From the IMG/VR virus record IMGVR_UViG_2541047923_000007: a DNA stretch of 47,041 nt, one strand, 5' to 3'. This document shows positions 23,413 through 33,863 of this stretch, one piece after another. The position numbers and the translations under genes were made by a program. The notes beneath the pieces were generated by a model, which did not search any database, had not been told where the DNA came from, and saw nothing but the letters and a program-made list of their open reading frames with translations. Position 1 is the stretch's first letter. Each line of letters begins with the position of its first letter. This stretch comes from a virus (Duplodnaviria; Heunggongvirae; Uroviricota; Caudoviricetes).

Positions 23413-25511
23413 AACCATCCTCCGGAAGTCAGCCAGGGGTTAACATCGTCAGTTACTGTTTTCTTCCGTTTTTGTTTTTTAACAGGCGTGGGTACCGGTT
23501 CCGGTGAGGGTGACGGTTCGGTACTGTCCGGGACACACTCCAGCCAGGTTTCCCGGCTCGCCCACTCCGGTGCATCCGGCCAGCGGATCTTTTCGTATCC
23601 ATGCAGAATGACCAGAGCCTCGGCATACACCATCAGGTCAAAAGCTTCGTTGGCACCGCGACCCGGCTTACTCCATTTCCCGTCACTGCTCCGCTCTTCA
23701 TACGTCAGTTCGTCGTAAAACCAGCTCCCCAGCCAGTCAGGGAAATGCACATAGCCGGGACCTAGCGAGTCACGCCATAACGCGTTATTCACCCGGTCTT
23801 TCAGGGCATCCGTCTGAAGAAGCCAGAGCGGCACATCACCTGCGGCCTGCGCCCGTCGGCCCGTTCGTCCGGTGTTATCAGGGAATGTACGGGTGATCAG
23901 TTTTGCTCGCCGGATGCTGTCGCCCTTAAACAGGTAAATACGTTTACCAAGGCCATCACGACGGCAACGACGCCAGAATTTATAGGCATTATCAGTGACC
24001 CCGTCTTCACCGCCGGAGTCCACCGCCATTGCCATCAGTCGCATTTGTTGAGAAGGGTCGGAGGCCAGCGGCCAGCTTTTATGAAAAACATCCGTCAGCA
24101 GGACATCCCAGTCTTCCGGATAGCTGGCCGGATCAATTCGCTGGCTCTCCCCGTCGCTGTCACCGCGCAATGACTGCGTGATGTTGTAACGATCAATAAT
24201 CCAGCGTTCGCCACGGCTGCCATAGCCCGTTACCTGAACCACAAAACGGCGATGACGTCCCGCCTGCACATCCATTGTCGCCACAAGGAAATTAACGCCA
24301 TCCGGCACACTGCGGGAAGGAACTGGCTCTGCCCGCTGCTCAAGCAATTCACTTTTTCGTTGCTCCATGCTGGCGCGGGGAAGATAAGGTAATCCCCAGT
24401 CGGTATTGATAACCGTCTTGAGTGTCTCTTCACTTCCGGTTGTCTCGTATTCCTGTTCTGCAGTAAGCAGTTTGTAAACGAGTTGCGAGAGTGTCTGATA
24501 AGCAGCTGCCGGACCCTCCATCCAGAATGACGCAATACGTGAACGCCGGGGATCACCATAACGACTGCCATCTGCATTGATGGATTCACCATCCCGTAAC
24601 CAGACCCCACGTCCGTTCAGCTCGCGTTTTTGTTCAGGCAAAATCCGTCCTGAACAGGAAGGACACTGAATATAAGCCGCCTCACTTGCCAGCACAGGAT
24701 CGGCAATATCACGGAAACCAGCAACCACATCGCCGCAGGGCTGAAAATACTCACCACAGTGTGGACAGGGCCAGTACCAGCGACGGCGATCGCCACGGTT
24801 ATAGAGCGACAGGATCCCCGTGGTTGGTGGAGCCTCATGCGGTGAAGTCCGTCGCCATTTCACATCCTTCACATCCCTGCCGGGGGAACTCTCCACCAGC
24901 GTCATACCACTGGACATAAATGTGGTGGTACGTTTTGAGGCAAGAGAGAAGGCATCCCCCTCACCATCAATATCTTCCGGAAAACGGTCATAATCCGTCA
25001 GCGCCACGCATTTATAATCTGATGAAGACATGATATTGACTGACGGCCAGCCGATTTTCAGGTAGTTGCCAGCAAGGAATGTTCTGTCATAAACGTTGTT
25101 GTCATTTTTGTTCGGACTCAGGCGACTGACCACTTCCGGGCTGACGCGAAACGTTCTGGCGAGTCGTTTTTTGGAGTGTTCGCGGGCTTTTTCCTCCGTC
25201 ATCTGAATGATCAGCATATCAGCAGGATCGCAAATCACGTTGTAAATCACCCAGCCGTCAATCAGGCCGATAGTCTTGCCGGTTCGTGCCGGGCCAACAA
25301 ATATCACTGCGTCGTATTCACGCGAGGCCAGGCAGTTCATAGGCTCAATAACATACGGTGCCACCAGCGGATCCCATGGGACTGAGTTCCCTGCCCCCAT
25401 GGGCACCCGCATATACTGAGCAACGGCATCAGCAACCCGCATTCGTCTCGGTGCGCGAAGGATATAACCTGAATCGGTTCGTGCTGCCTTTGCGGTTTCC
25501 TGATTCAGCAT
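23409..25511 (-). CDS. A: Terminase large subunit (gpA-like)
   Basis: 700 aa with an ATPase Walker A-like motif (VGPARTGKT) and C-terminal nuclease region; follows Nu1. Confidence 0.9.
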   Translation of the reverse strand: MLNQETAKAARTDSGYILRAPRRMRVADAVAQYMRVPMGAGNSVPWDPLVAPYVIEPMNCLASREYDAVIFVGPARTGKTIGLIDGWVIYNVICDPADMLIIQMTEEKAREHSKKRLARTFRVSPEVVSRLSPNKNDNNVYDRTFLAGNYLKIGWPSVNIMSSSDYKCVALTDYDRFPEDIDGEGDAFSLASKRTTTFMSSGMTLVESSPGRDVKDVKWRRTSPHEAPPTTGILSLYNRGDRRRWYWPCPHCGEYFQPCGDVVAGFRDIADPVLASEAAYIQCPSCSGRILPEQKRELNGRGVWLRDGESINADGSRYGDPRRSRIASFWMEGPAAAYQTLSQLVYKLLTAEQEYETTGSEETLKTVINTDWGLPYLPRASMEQRKSELLEQRAEPVPSRSVPDGVNFLVATMDVQAGRHRRFVVQVTGYGSRGERWIIDRYNITQSLRGDSDGESQRIDPASYPEDWDVLLTDVFHKSWPLASDPSQQMRLMAMAVDSGGEDGVTDNAYKFWRRCRRDGLGKRIYLFKGDSIRRAKLITRTFPDNTGRTGRRAQAAGDVPLWLLQTDALKDRVNNALWRDSLGPGYVHFPDWLGSWFYDELTYEERSSDGKWSKPGRGANEAFDLMVYAEALVILHGYEKIRWPDAPEWASRETWLECVPDSTEPSPSPEPVPTPVKKQKRKKTVTDDVNPWLTSGGWL

Positions 25512-26005
25512 TACTCCTCCTGCTGTAATTCCTCCTCATCATCCGCACCTGCTTCAGTCACCCGCAGGGCTACCTGATCGCGCAGATCATCAATAATGGA
25601 CTGAACACGGCTCACAGCGGCAGGCTGCAGACCGCAGTCACGTTCAAGAATATCCGGTAATGTCTCCAGCACCTGCACGACCGCTTTTGCCCAGATGGCA
25701 AACTCCCGTCTGACATCACTGGCCGGAATGAGTTGTGCCGTTTCCTGTTCGAACTTAAGACGCTCACGTTCAGACTGATACCAGGCTTTGCGCTCATGTG
25801 CGTCCATTTCGCCTTCTGCAACCGGCGGTGGTAATGCCAGAAATGCCGACACAATATCAACCACCCGATAAAGCTTGAGGTTGCTTTCATGCCCCCCTGC
25901 AACGGGTAGATTTTGCAGCCTTGCCGCAGCAGTCTGGCGATGTACACCTGACAGTGCCGCCAATTGACTGATATTCAGCGTCAGATTTTTTAACTCTCGA
26001 TCCAT
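25511..26005 (-). CDS. nu1: Terminase small subunit (Nu1-like)
   Basis: 164 aa with N-terminal winged-helix-like DNA-binding region; about 180 bp downstream of the cos-like sequence. Confidence 0.8.
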   Translation of the reverse strand: MDRELKNLTLNISQLAALSGVHRQTAAARLQNLPVAGGHESNLKLYRVVDIVSAFLALPPPVAEGEMDAHERKAWYQSERERLKFEQETAQLIPASDVRREFAIWAKAVVQVLETLPDILERDCGLQPAAVSRVQSIIDDLRDQVALRVTEAGADDEEELQQEE

Positions 26006-26174
26006 ACCCGCTCCAGAATGTTTTAAACATGCATCTTGCGAACGACTTTAGGCAAACGGTGTTAGTGATGAACAAAAAACAATCAAAATCGACACCACAA
26101 AAATAAAAATACTGTAATATCAATCTATTACAGTAGTGGTGATGACGGATGAAATTTCAAAAACTAGCCTTTTT

Positions 26175-26192
26175 CCGCGACGCTCCCGCCCC
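26175..26192 (-). other. cosN-like cohesive-end site
   Basis: Minus strand reads CCACG-GGGCGGGAGCGT-CGCGG, resembling the lambda cos junction ...ACG-GGGCGGCGACCT-CGCGG at lambda-like spacing from Nu1. Confidence 0.5.
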
Positions 26193-26557
26193 GTGGCAGG
26201 GACCCCCACTGGGAGGACCCGACAGCCTGACAACCGTGACGAGCATCTGAAACAGAGCGTTACATAATGGCATGGGGATAATTCAGAAGGACATCACAGC
26301 ATGCCCACACAAATTAGTGTGAGTGTCCTGTTTCTTACTACGCGCAGGACTGACGAGCATGAGGGGAAAATACGCGAACCGAAATGCCTTATCTTCAGAA
26401 ATGCAGCCGGCATCCGAACTGGACGATATTGTAAATTCACCTAAATACGAGGCATTGCTGTAGTTGAATTGCAGTACTGTATTAGCCTTACAGTGACAGA
26501 ATACGATATTGACTCTGTCACTTGTGAAATGGTCAGAATGGTTAGCAGTTATGGTGA

Positions 26558-26764
26558 TCAGTCAACCACCAGGGAATAATCCTTCGTATTCTTATCGTGC
26601 TTTACTAACGCGGCCTCAATTGCCCTGAATGCTTCCAGAGATACTTGATGTTCTATACATGCAATTACAACATCCGGGTAACCCATCGAAATGGTGCTAT
26701 TAAGCATAGTTTTTACACGAACCTGCTCCTGGGAGGGGGCATCAGTGTATTGATCTTTATGCAT
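26558..26764 (-). CDS. Hypothetical small prophage protein
   Basis: 68-aa ORF between cos and gnsB; no recognised motif. Confidence 0.4.
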   Translation of the reverse strand: MHKDQYTDAPSQEQVRVKTMLNSTISMGYPDVVIACIEHQVSLEAFRAIEAALVKHDKNTKDYSLVVD

Positions 26765-27059
26765 TTTGTCGCTCCATTCGTTTGCTCTTCACTTGCGGCT
26801 AAAAATATAACGTCAAATCACTCAGCATGAAAGAGTGAAAGTTTCAGCGCGTTTCCCTTACATAATCTGTCGTTTGTATTCTCTTCAGGCATACCGGAAA
26901 GACTAGGTATTGTCACACAACCAATACCATCGACAATCGAGATTTATATCTATTCAGTAATGTTTAAATATAACAAAACCCCGTAAAAACGAGGTTTATG
27001 GGTAATTTGTATTGTTGAATAGCATCTGATGAGAAATTGATGCTAATACTATAAACATG

Positions 27060-27233
27060 CTAGATTAAATCAATCTTGATATCATAGCTTTCAAGACCAG
27101 TCATTTTTTCCCGTGCAGTAAACTGGATACTGGTAACTTCTTTCCCGGTCTTTTTCTTAAGCTCAATGATTTTTTTTGTTATATATTCAGAAATATCTGC
27201 TTCTGTTTTTGTTTTTAACTCTTCAATGTTCAT
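27060..27233 (-). CDS. gnsB: GnsA/GnsB family protein
   Basis: 57 aa MNIEELKTKTEADISEYITKK...FTAREKMTGLESYDIKI matches the remembered GnsB family. Confidence 0.8.
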   Translation of the reverse strand: MNIEELKTKTEADISEYITKKIIELKKKTGKEVTSIQFTAREKMTGLESYDIKIDLI

Positions 27234-27405
27234 CATTTCCTCTTTTAGTCTGTTATGACTGTCCTGGTACACAGTAGTGTCAATTATATGGAGCAAACGT
27301 ATAAAAGATAAGATGAAACATCGCAATAATCAACATACGACGGTCTAAATTTCACACAAACAGATAAAGATGATTATCATTTATTATCAATGCATTAGAA
27401 TCAAA

Positions 27406-27636
27406 TCAATTCAAGAGTCTCATTGCTGCTTCCAGAATTTCTTCTGAAGTTACATGTCGATCCGCTGCTACATAAATGACTTTATGATCTCCGGTCAGAG
27501 ATGGAAACCCTGCAGCCATTACAGTGAGGTGTGTTGTTTCGCCATTTGGATATTCACGCATGATGGTGTTAACTCCGGTCATCACTGGCACTACCATTGC
27601 TGGTTCAGAGTTAAAAAAAACTATTATTTTTTTCAT
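27406..27636 (-). CDS. Hypothetical small protein
   Basis: ORF with a GTG start at 27675 or ATG at 27636; the GTG start would overlap the cspI terminator. Confidence 0.35.
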   Translation of the reverse strand: MKKIIVFFNSEPAMVVPVMTGVNTIMREYPNGETTHLTVMAAGFPSLTGDHKVIYVAADRHVTSEEILEAAMRLLN

Positions 27637-27676
27637 AATGTTACCGTAATATGTGAGTATCCATCGACTAGACACT

Positions 27677-27700
27677 AAGCAAAAAAGCTCCCGAAGGAGC
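27677..27700 (-). terminator. Rho-independent terminator downstream of cspI
   Basis: Minus-strand GCUCC-uucg-GGAGC followed by UUUUUU. Confidence 0.6.
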
Positions 27701-27907
27701 CTTCATTTTCACTTTCTTAAATCTAACGACAGATGGCTAACATTTAAGTATTGTGAAATATTATCAAATGTAATCATCATTGATTTACAAAAGATACATT
27801 TTGCCCCGAAAGGATTTCTGTCAGAAACATCAAAAGATGATGTTCTATACTGAGAACCATGGCAACACGGGCATCTAAAGTGAATATGGTTTGTAATATT
27901 TTCTACC

Positions 27908-28120
27908 TCAAAGTGCCACTACATGAACAGCTGCAGGGCCTTTAGGTCCGTTCTCAATACCAAATTCGACTTCCTGATTCTCAGTTAACGTTTTGAAATC
28001 GTTGCTCTGAATAGCTGAGAAATGCACAAACACATCTTTGCTACCATCTTTCGGCGTGATGAAACCAAAACCTTTTTCAGGGTTAAACCATTTCACTAAA
28101 CCAGTCATTTTGTTAGACAT
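27908..28120 (-). CDS. cspI: Cold-shock protein, CspA family
   Basis: 70 aa [23 protein letters not shown]...AAVHVVAL matches remembered CspI; long upstream leader. Confidence 0.9.
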   Translation of the reverse strand: MSNKMTGLVKWFNPEKGFGFITPKDGSKDVFVHFSAIQSNDFKTLTENQEVEFGIENGPKGPAAVHVVAL

Positions 28121-28483
28121 CATTATTACCTTTTGAAGAAGTTAGCCCTTGGGCAGAATGGTCCGAAAAAAAATATCAGAGAGAAAAACCAACAAGGAAA
28201 TCTCAAGAGGTACAAATAATAAAATTATAACAATGACTGCTTCAGATAATTTTGTAACAAACCAGAACACCATTAACGCATGATTAACCAACCATAGCAA
28301 GGATTACTTTTGTAAAGAAAAACACACGAATGAAACAATAGCTTTATTTATTAATAAAACGTGTCATTCTGTCTAATGACCTTTTATCTTACCCTTAAGA
28401 TTTCAAGGATTTTGACTCATGGAAGAGTCCTTTTTATTTAAATTTCACATTCAGCGCTAAAAATAATCCGATTTAATATTAAT

Positions 28484-29507
<1,024 letters not shown>

Positions 29508-29511
<4 letters not shown>

Positions 29512-29819
29512 AGATATTTATGATGAGGACGCTCGTGCTTATTGGCAGGATTTTCAATCTTAAAGGAGTACTGATGCTGCAGATAAGACTCAACTTTTTC
29601 TGACAATTTTTCTGCTACTTCCAGGAAGACTTGCCGGACGCTCATTCTGGCTGCTGCCTCATAAAACTCCAGCGCAGCTCCTTCAACACGGTCCATGGCG
29701 ACATCCAGGCCAAAAATTTCACCGTCAAAGCGTTCTTTGTCCTGTAAGGCTACAGTTACCGTAACTTTATTCTCAAAATTACGGACTCCTTTCACAACCA
29801 GTTCATAGTATTGAGTCAT
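29508..29819 (-). CDS. ydfR: YdfR-like protein (DUF1327) within the lysis cassette
   Basis: 103-aa ORF between holin and endolysin, as in the Qin essQ-ydfR-rrrQ arrangement. Confidence 0.6.
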
Positions 29820-29823
29820 TGGA

Positions 29824-30039
29824 TTACTCTCCTCTCGCAGCCTTACGCCTGTCTTCTTTAATCTTGAAATAAAGATTTGTCAGGTACGTCAGCAGGCCAA
29901 ATACCAGGCTACCCAGCACACCTATTGCTGCCCACTGTGAGGGCGTGACTTTATCGAGCAGCTGTAAAAACCAGTAGCCAGCACTGCCTGCGGAGGTGCC
30001 GTAGGCAATGCCTGTTGAAATTTTGTCCATGGATTTCAT
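29824..30039 (-). CDS. Holin, S21-type pinholin with dual-start motif
   Basis: [24 protein letters not shown]...[11 protein letters not shown] closely matches remembered S21; GGAGGTG Shine-Dalgarno. Confidence 0.9.
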   Translation of the reverse strand: MKSMDKISTGIAYGTSAGSAGYWFLQLLDKVTPSQWAAIGVLGSLVFGLLTYLTNLYFKIKEDRRKAARGE

Positions 30040-30141
30040 AGCCTCACCTCCGCACGGAACGGATGGCATAGTTATTATGTGTAGGCTTCCAGACACATCA
30101 ATCAGAGCCTTAATTGATATATATGCTGGAGACGATGCAAT

Positions 30142-30165
30142 ATAAAAAGCTCGCCGTAGCGAGCT
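30142..30165 (-). terminator. Hairpin terminator downstream of TolA-like lipoprotein gene 1
   Basis: Minus-strand AGCUCGC-uacg-GCGAGCU followed by UUUUU. Confidence 0.5.
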
Positions 30166-30290
30166 AATAAAATGTATTTCTCTGATATTATGTTTATTTG
30201 TATTAGCTCAGACTTGACATCACAGGTTTCGTATATAGAACATCATCAAATCTGTCAGTTTGCTATGAATGAGATATAGTAATTGAAGAG

Positions 30291-30686
30291 CTAACCTCGC
30301 ATGTCAAAGCCAGATTTCTGAAAATCTCTGTAGACTTCCGGATTGTTGAAGGCCGGAAATTTGGCTTTATGAGCTGCGGACTTTATCGCTTCGCAATAGG
30401 CTTTATCACCGTTACTGGTAGATATTTTTAACGCCGTGCCATCCTGAGAGAATTCCATATGCAACCTGCATTTTTTCCCTTTCCAGTTATGCGGCTCATC
30501 AAGTTTGGCATTAATTGCAGCTCTGATTCCCCGCGCTTGCGCCCCCCATTCATCCTGATCATCCCAGCGTCCTGAACTGCAACTACCTGTAGCAGTAGTT
30601 TTGTGGCAATCTGAAGGGTGTAAAGGTGTGCATCCCGCAACAAAACCGACCCAAAAAGTCAACATAACGATTTTCTTTAATCCCAC
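30291..30686 (-). CDS. Lipoprotein with TolA domain III-like C-terminus (copy 1)
   Basis: GTG start with GAGGAG Shine-Dalgarno; lipobox FVAGC; C-terminal KKCRLHMEF...GDKAYCEAI...NNPEVYRDFQKSGFDM resembles the TolA C-terminal domain. Confidence 0.7.
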   Translation of the reverse strand: MGLKKIVMLTFWVGFVAGCTPLHPSDCHKTTATGSCSSGRWDDQDEWGAQARGIRAAINAKLDEPHNWKGKKCRLHMEFSQDGTALKISTSNGDKAYCEAIKSAAHKAKFPAFNNPEVYRDFQKSGFDMRG

Positions 30687-30836
30687 TTCTTGCTCCTCAA
30701 TCCATTAAAATCTCAGCAATAGTAGTTGTTACGTCCGCCACTGGCTCAGAGCTGACTATCCGCTAAATTTAGCTCAGTGCCGTAGTTGTGTCAGAACAAA
30801 CCTAAGCCGAAACCGTTTATTACAAAACAATAAATA

Positions 30837-31265
30837 TCAGGGTTTAAAATCCAGCACCCCATTTTGAAATACTTTATATACTTCCGGCGAAGGGGGGGCA
30901 GGTATATCAGCATTCTTTATCGCATTCATCGCTTCACGACATAAATCGAGGTCTCCACTTTCTCTTTTAACCTCCAGTAGAAGGCCATTCGGGGCCATAT
31001 GCATTCTCAGTGTACACTCTTTTCCTGAATACTTACTCGCATCCCCGAACTGTTTTTCGATGGCGCTCTTGATTTGATGGGCATACAGACGGATATCCTC
31101 ACTAACATCAGAAGTACGTTCAGATGAACTCACATACTGTGTCTCTATTGCTTTATCGGAGTAATATGATGTACGGTCATGATAATTTGTCGATACAGCA
31201 TCAGTGCACCCGATAATAATCCCACTAATAATCAACGTAAGAATTGATGCGCTACGAAAACCCAT
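30837..31265 (-). CDS. Lipoprotein with TolA domain III-like C-terminus (copy 2)
   Basis: Lipobox IIGC; C-terminal region ...YAHQIKSAIEKQFGDASKYSGKECTLRMHMAPNGLLLEVKRESGDLDLCREAMNAIKNADIPAPPSPEVYKVFQNGVLDFKP aligns closely (about half identical) with the remembered E. coli TolA C-terminus. Confidence 0.75.
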   Translation of the reverse strand: MGFRSASILTLIISGIIIGCTDAVSTNYHDRTSYYSDKAIETQYVSSSERTSDVSEDIRLYAHQIKSAIEKQFGDASKYSGKECTLRMHMAPNGLLLEVKRESGDLDLCREAMNAIKNADIPAPPSPEVYKVFQNGVLDFKP

Positions 31266-31798
31266 TTTTCCTCACATATGTCATATAGTAAAGGATTATA
31301 TATACCGTTGTTTTGGACGCTCAAACAGCGAATCAGATCAAATAAAACGCACATTTGTTAACATTTACACAAAGTCTGCGTGGGATATTCTGAAAGAATA
31401 TCCATAATGTGGAGAGAATCTATTGAAGTGCATGGTGCCGGGTGCCTCCCGGTGAATTCAGTACCAGCACCTGAATCCGCGATTATCCCATATACCTACT
31501 CGCTGATTGCCCCTCCGCACAGGGGGATTCACCATGCCAGTTTCTTTTAACAAACTCCCCGCAAACCAGAGAACAGTCAACCGCCTGAATTGTGAAGTAT
31601 TTAAAAATTTCTCCCGCTAACTGATACCCGGCTAACAGTCTGGCGTTTTCTTTTTCAGCAACGGGAAAGCAACAACCACCACACCCGCCACCAGCACACC
31701 GTCAGCCAGCACTGACATTATCCGGCTGCTGCAATGCCATTCACAAAAACAGTAAGCAATCACTTTTTACCGTAACAGGTGATAATCCAGATATGTAT

Positions 31799-32152
31799 CT
31801 ACCCCAGATGAGTAATCCGAAGTTCATCCATACCACAGGTCCTGGCTATTCTGTTGTACTCCTGAACAAGAGCAAATAATTCTGAATTAGCAACCATGAA
31901 CTCATCGCAAACCCTCTGTATAGCATCACTATTCAGAATAATAACGTCTCTTCCCGAAAGACGATCAGGAGCACAGAACAAAACTGTCAAACGGCTGAAG
32001 GCCTTTGCTCGTGCTGCATTGACTATATCAATACGCTGCCTAAGGATGAAACACCCCGACGCCTCATCAATATTCACTCTACCCACACCATATGAATGAT
32101 AAATATTTAATGCTGAAAAAACCATTAGACCGTATAACAAACACTCAATCAA
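31799..32152 (-). CDS. Hypothetical protein (weak call)
   Basis: 117-aa ORF with TTG or ATG start and no clear Shine-Dalgarno; between the cargo locus and the tRNA cluster. Confidence 0.3.
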   Translation of the reverse strand: MIECLLYGLMVFSALNIYHSYGVGRVNIDEASGCFILRQRIDIVNAARAKAFSRLTVLFCAPDRLSGRDVIILNSDAIQRVCDEFMVANSELFALVQEYNRIARTCGMDELRITHLG

Positions 32153-32262
32153 TACTTAACAGAACTTTTATTTTTGACAAACATATTATGTTTTCAACAA
32201 TATCCTGAGCCAGGTATATTCCAGTATAAGGCTCTGCCGGAAGGAATCTGGAAGAATGAATA

Positions 32263-32339
32263 TGGCGCGCTGTACTGGATTCGAACCAGTGACCGATTGC
32301 TTAGAAGGCAATTGCTCTGTCCGGCTGAGCTAACAACGC
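32263..32339 (-). tRNA. tRNA-Arg (anticodon UCU)
   Basis: Cloverleaf read by eye: acceptor GCGTTGT, anticodon loop CUUCUAA, T-loop GTTCGAATC, 3' CCA. Confidence 0.8.
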
Positions 32340-32352
32340 TGAATACCGATAA

Positions 32353-32433
32353 TGGACCGCCATCGGGGACCCGCCCCCGCACCAACAACCCTGTTATCGT
32401 GTCGTCTGCTCTTCCTGATAAGCTAATGGCGGT
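32353..32433 (-). tRNA. Degenerate tRNA-like element
   Basis: 7-bp acceptor-like stem (CCGCCAT/ATGGCGG) and 3' CCA but a non-canonical T-arm; lies between two good tRNAs. Confidence 0.25.
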
Positions 32434-32439
32434 TTGTGA

Positions 32440-32515
32440 TGGTGGCCCTTGCTGGATTTGAACCAGCGACCTGGCGATTATGAGTCGCTCGCTCTCACCA
32501 CTGAGCTAAAGGGCC
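32440..32515 (-). tRNA. tRNA-Ile2 (anticodon CAU, ileX/ileZ-like; Met-type anticodon)
   Basis: Near-identical to remembered E. coli ileX; anticodon loop CUCAUAA; 3' CCA. Confidence 0.85.
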
Positions 32516-32550
32516 GGGAGCAGAATAATAACGGTCCGTAATTAATTCCG

Positions 32551-32578
32551 CAATAAAAAACCCGCTCGGCGGCGGGTT
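32551..32578 (-). terminator. tR'-like terminator downstream of Q
   Basis: Minus-strand ACCCGC-cgccga-GCGGGU followed by UUUUUU, about 80 nt after the Q stop. Confidence 0.6.
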
Positions 32579-32619
32579 GTAGAAACTCTTCTAACGTCAG
32601 GCATAAAAAGCCCATCATT

Positions 32620-32655
32620 ATGACGAATTTACCACAGATTCCGGAAAAATCAACC
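32620..32655 (-). promoter_or_regulatory. Candidate late promoter pR'
   Basis: Minus-strand TTGATT, 16-nt spacer, extended -10 TGgTAAATT, between the Q stop and the terminator. Confidence 0.4.
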
Positions 32656-32658
32656 TTG

Positions 32659-33480
32659 TTACCTAGTTACCTTTTTTAACTGCCGCTCAGCCCATGCTTC
32701 TTCAATATCAAACCGGGTCACCAGCGCATCATAGAATTTCTTAACTGTTTTTTCCCATGACGCGCGTGTTATCTGGTTTGTCACCTCGCATATAGCATTA
32801 AATGCCTCCGTTGATGGTAGTCTTTCATAGCCACGACCACCACAACGCTGGCAGTCTCTGACAACAGGCATACCACGTTTTACCGACTCTTCACGATGAA
32901 TGGCGACACCACGCCCACGGCAATCCTTACAGGCGGTGGAAACCTCACCCTTTCCGCCACACTCCGGACAGGCAACTTTTACCACCTCCCTGACTTTTTT
33001 CCATTCTTCCCAGTAAGACGGATACACACCTTTCGTACACTTTGCCCATACCGGCGGCTTACCATCCGGATACTGGACCTTGTTTGTAAAAACTATGCTT
33101 TCAATAAATTTTTCCCCATAGCAACAAGGGCACTGCTTTTTACTCGCTGCGCTGCGGGCATAATCCTCAAAAGCGTACGAAGCCATAATGCGCATCACTA
33201 CCGGTTTTATTTCTGCCGGAAGTTTTCTCAACGCCGCCACACGATCGCACCGACTGAGTGCATAATCTGCCAGTAATTCTGTTGCCCGCGCCCTGTCATT
33301 CATACTGATGCCCATTTTCCCCAGGAACGCAGAAAAACCCATCTCAGCCCGATTCTGTGTCATGCCCTGCGCGGCCATCACATCAGTGATACTCAGCGCA
33401 TCTTTTGACGTTGAGGCCGATGCATCGGTCAGGCCAGGGGATTTTGGGGAGTAGTATTTCGGTAAATCTTCCAGTTTCAT
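32659..33480 (-). CDS. Late antiterminator Q
   Basis: 273 aa with several CxxC zinc-binding pairs; position upstream of pR' and the lysis genes. Confidence 0.8.
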   Translation of the reverse strand: MKLEDLPKYYSPKSPGLTDASASTSKDALSITDVMAAQGMTQNRAEMGFSAFLGKMGISMNDRARATELLADYALSRCDRVAALRKLPAEIKPVVMRIMASYAFEDYARSAASKKQCPCCYGEKFIESIVFTNKVQYPDGKPPVWAKCTKGVYPSYWEEWKKVREVVKVACPECGGKGEVSTACKDCRGRGVAIHREESVKRGMPVVRDCQRCGGRGYERLPSTEAFNAICEVTNQITRASWEKTVKKFYDALVTRFDIEEAWAERQLKKVTR

Positions 33481-33494
33481 TTTTTGACCTGCTC

Positions 33495-33851
33495 TTAATG
33501 CATTATGGGGTAAATCTTCACCCCCAGACGTCCGCCAGATACTGGCTGACCACGAACGATATTGATTTCATCAAACTGCTCATCGTCCATTAACACTCCC
33601 GCATGCGTCAGCGCATCCAGCGGTGCTTTCAGGATATTGTCCAGGTCGCGACGACGCTTATCCGGTGGCTCTGCAATCACCTTTATCGCCAGCCTTCCGG
33701 ACAGGCTTAATTTCAGCCGCTGCTGGCGAACAATAAGCGCCACAGCCCGGCGATAACGCTTTCCCTCCTCCGAGATAAAATATGTGCTGCCACGGCGTCG
33801 CCAGTAAGTGTTCACCGTCGGCGGGTAAGGTAAAACCAAATCTATGAGCAT
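33495..33851 (-). CDS. rusA: Holliday junction resolvase RusA
   Basis: 118 aa with the RusA motif ...DKRRRDLDNILKAPLDALT... Confidence 0.85.
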   Translation of the reverse strand: MLIDLVLPYPPTVNTYWRRRGSTYFISEEGKRYRRAVALIVRQQRLKLSLSGRLAIKVIAEPPDKRRRDLDNILKAPLDALTHAGVLMDDEQFDEINIVRGQPVSGGRLGVKIYPIMH

Positions 33852-33863
33852 CAGTCACCTCTT

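Noticed and set aside
30100-32260. Shiga toxin (stxAB) in the Q-to-holin cargo slot
   Set aside because: The ORFs there are lipoproteins with TolA-like C-termini, not an A/B5 toxin pair; no StxA-like N-glycosidase signature.
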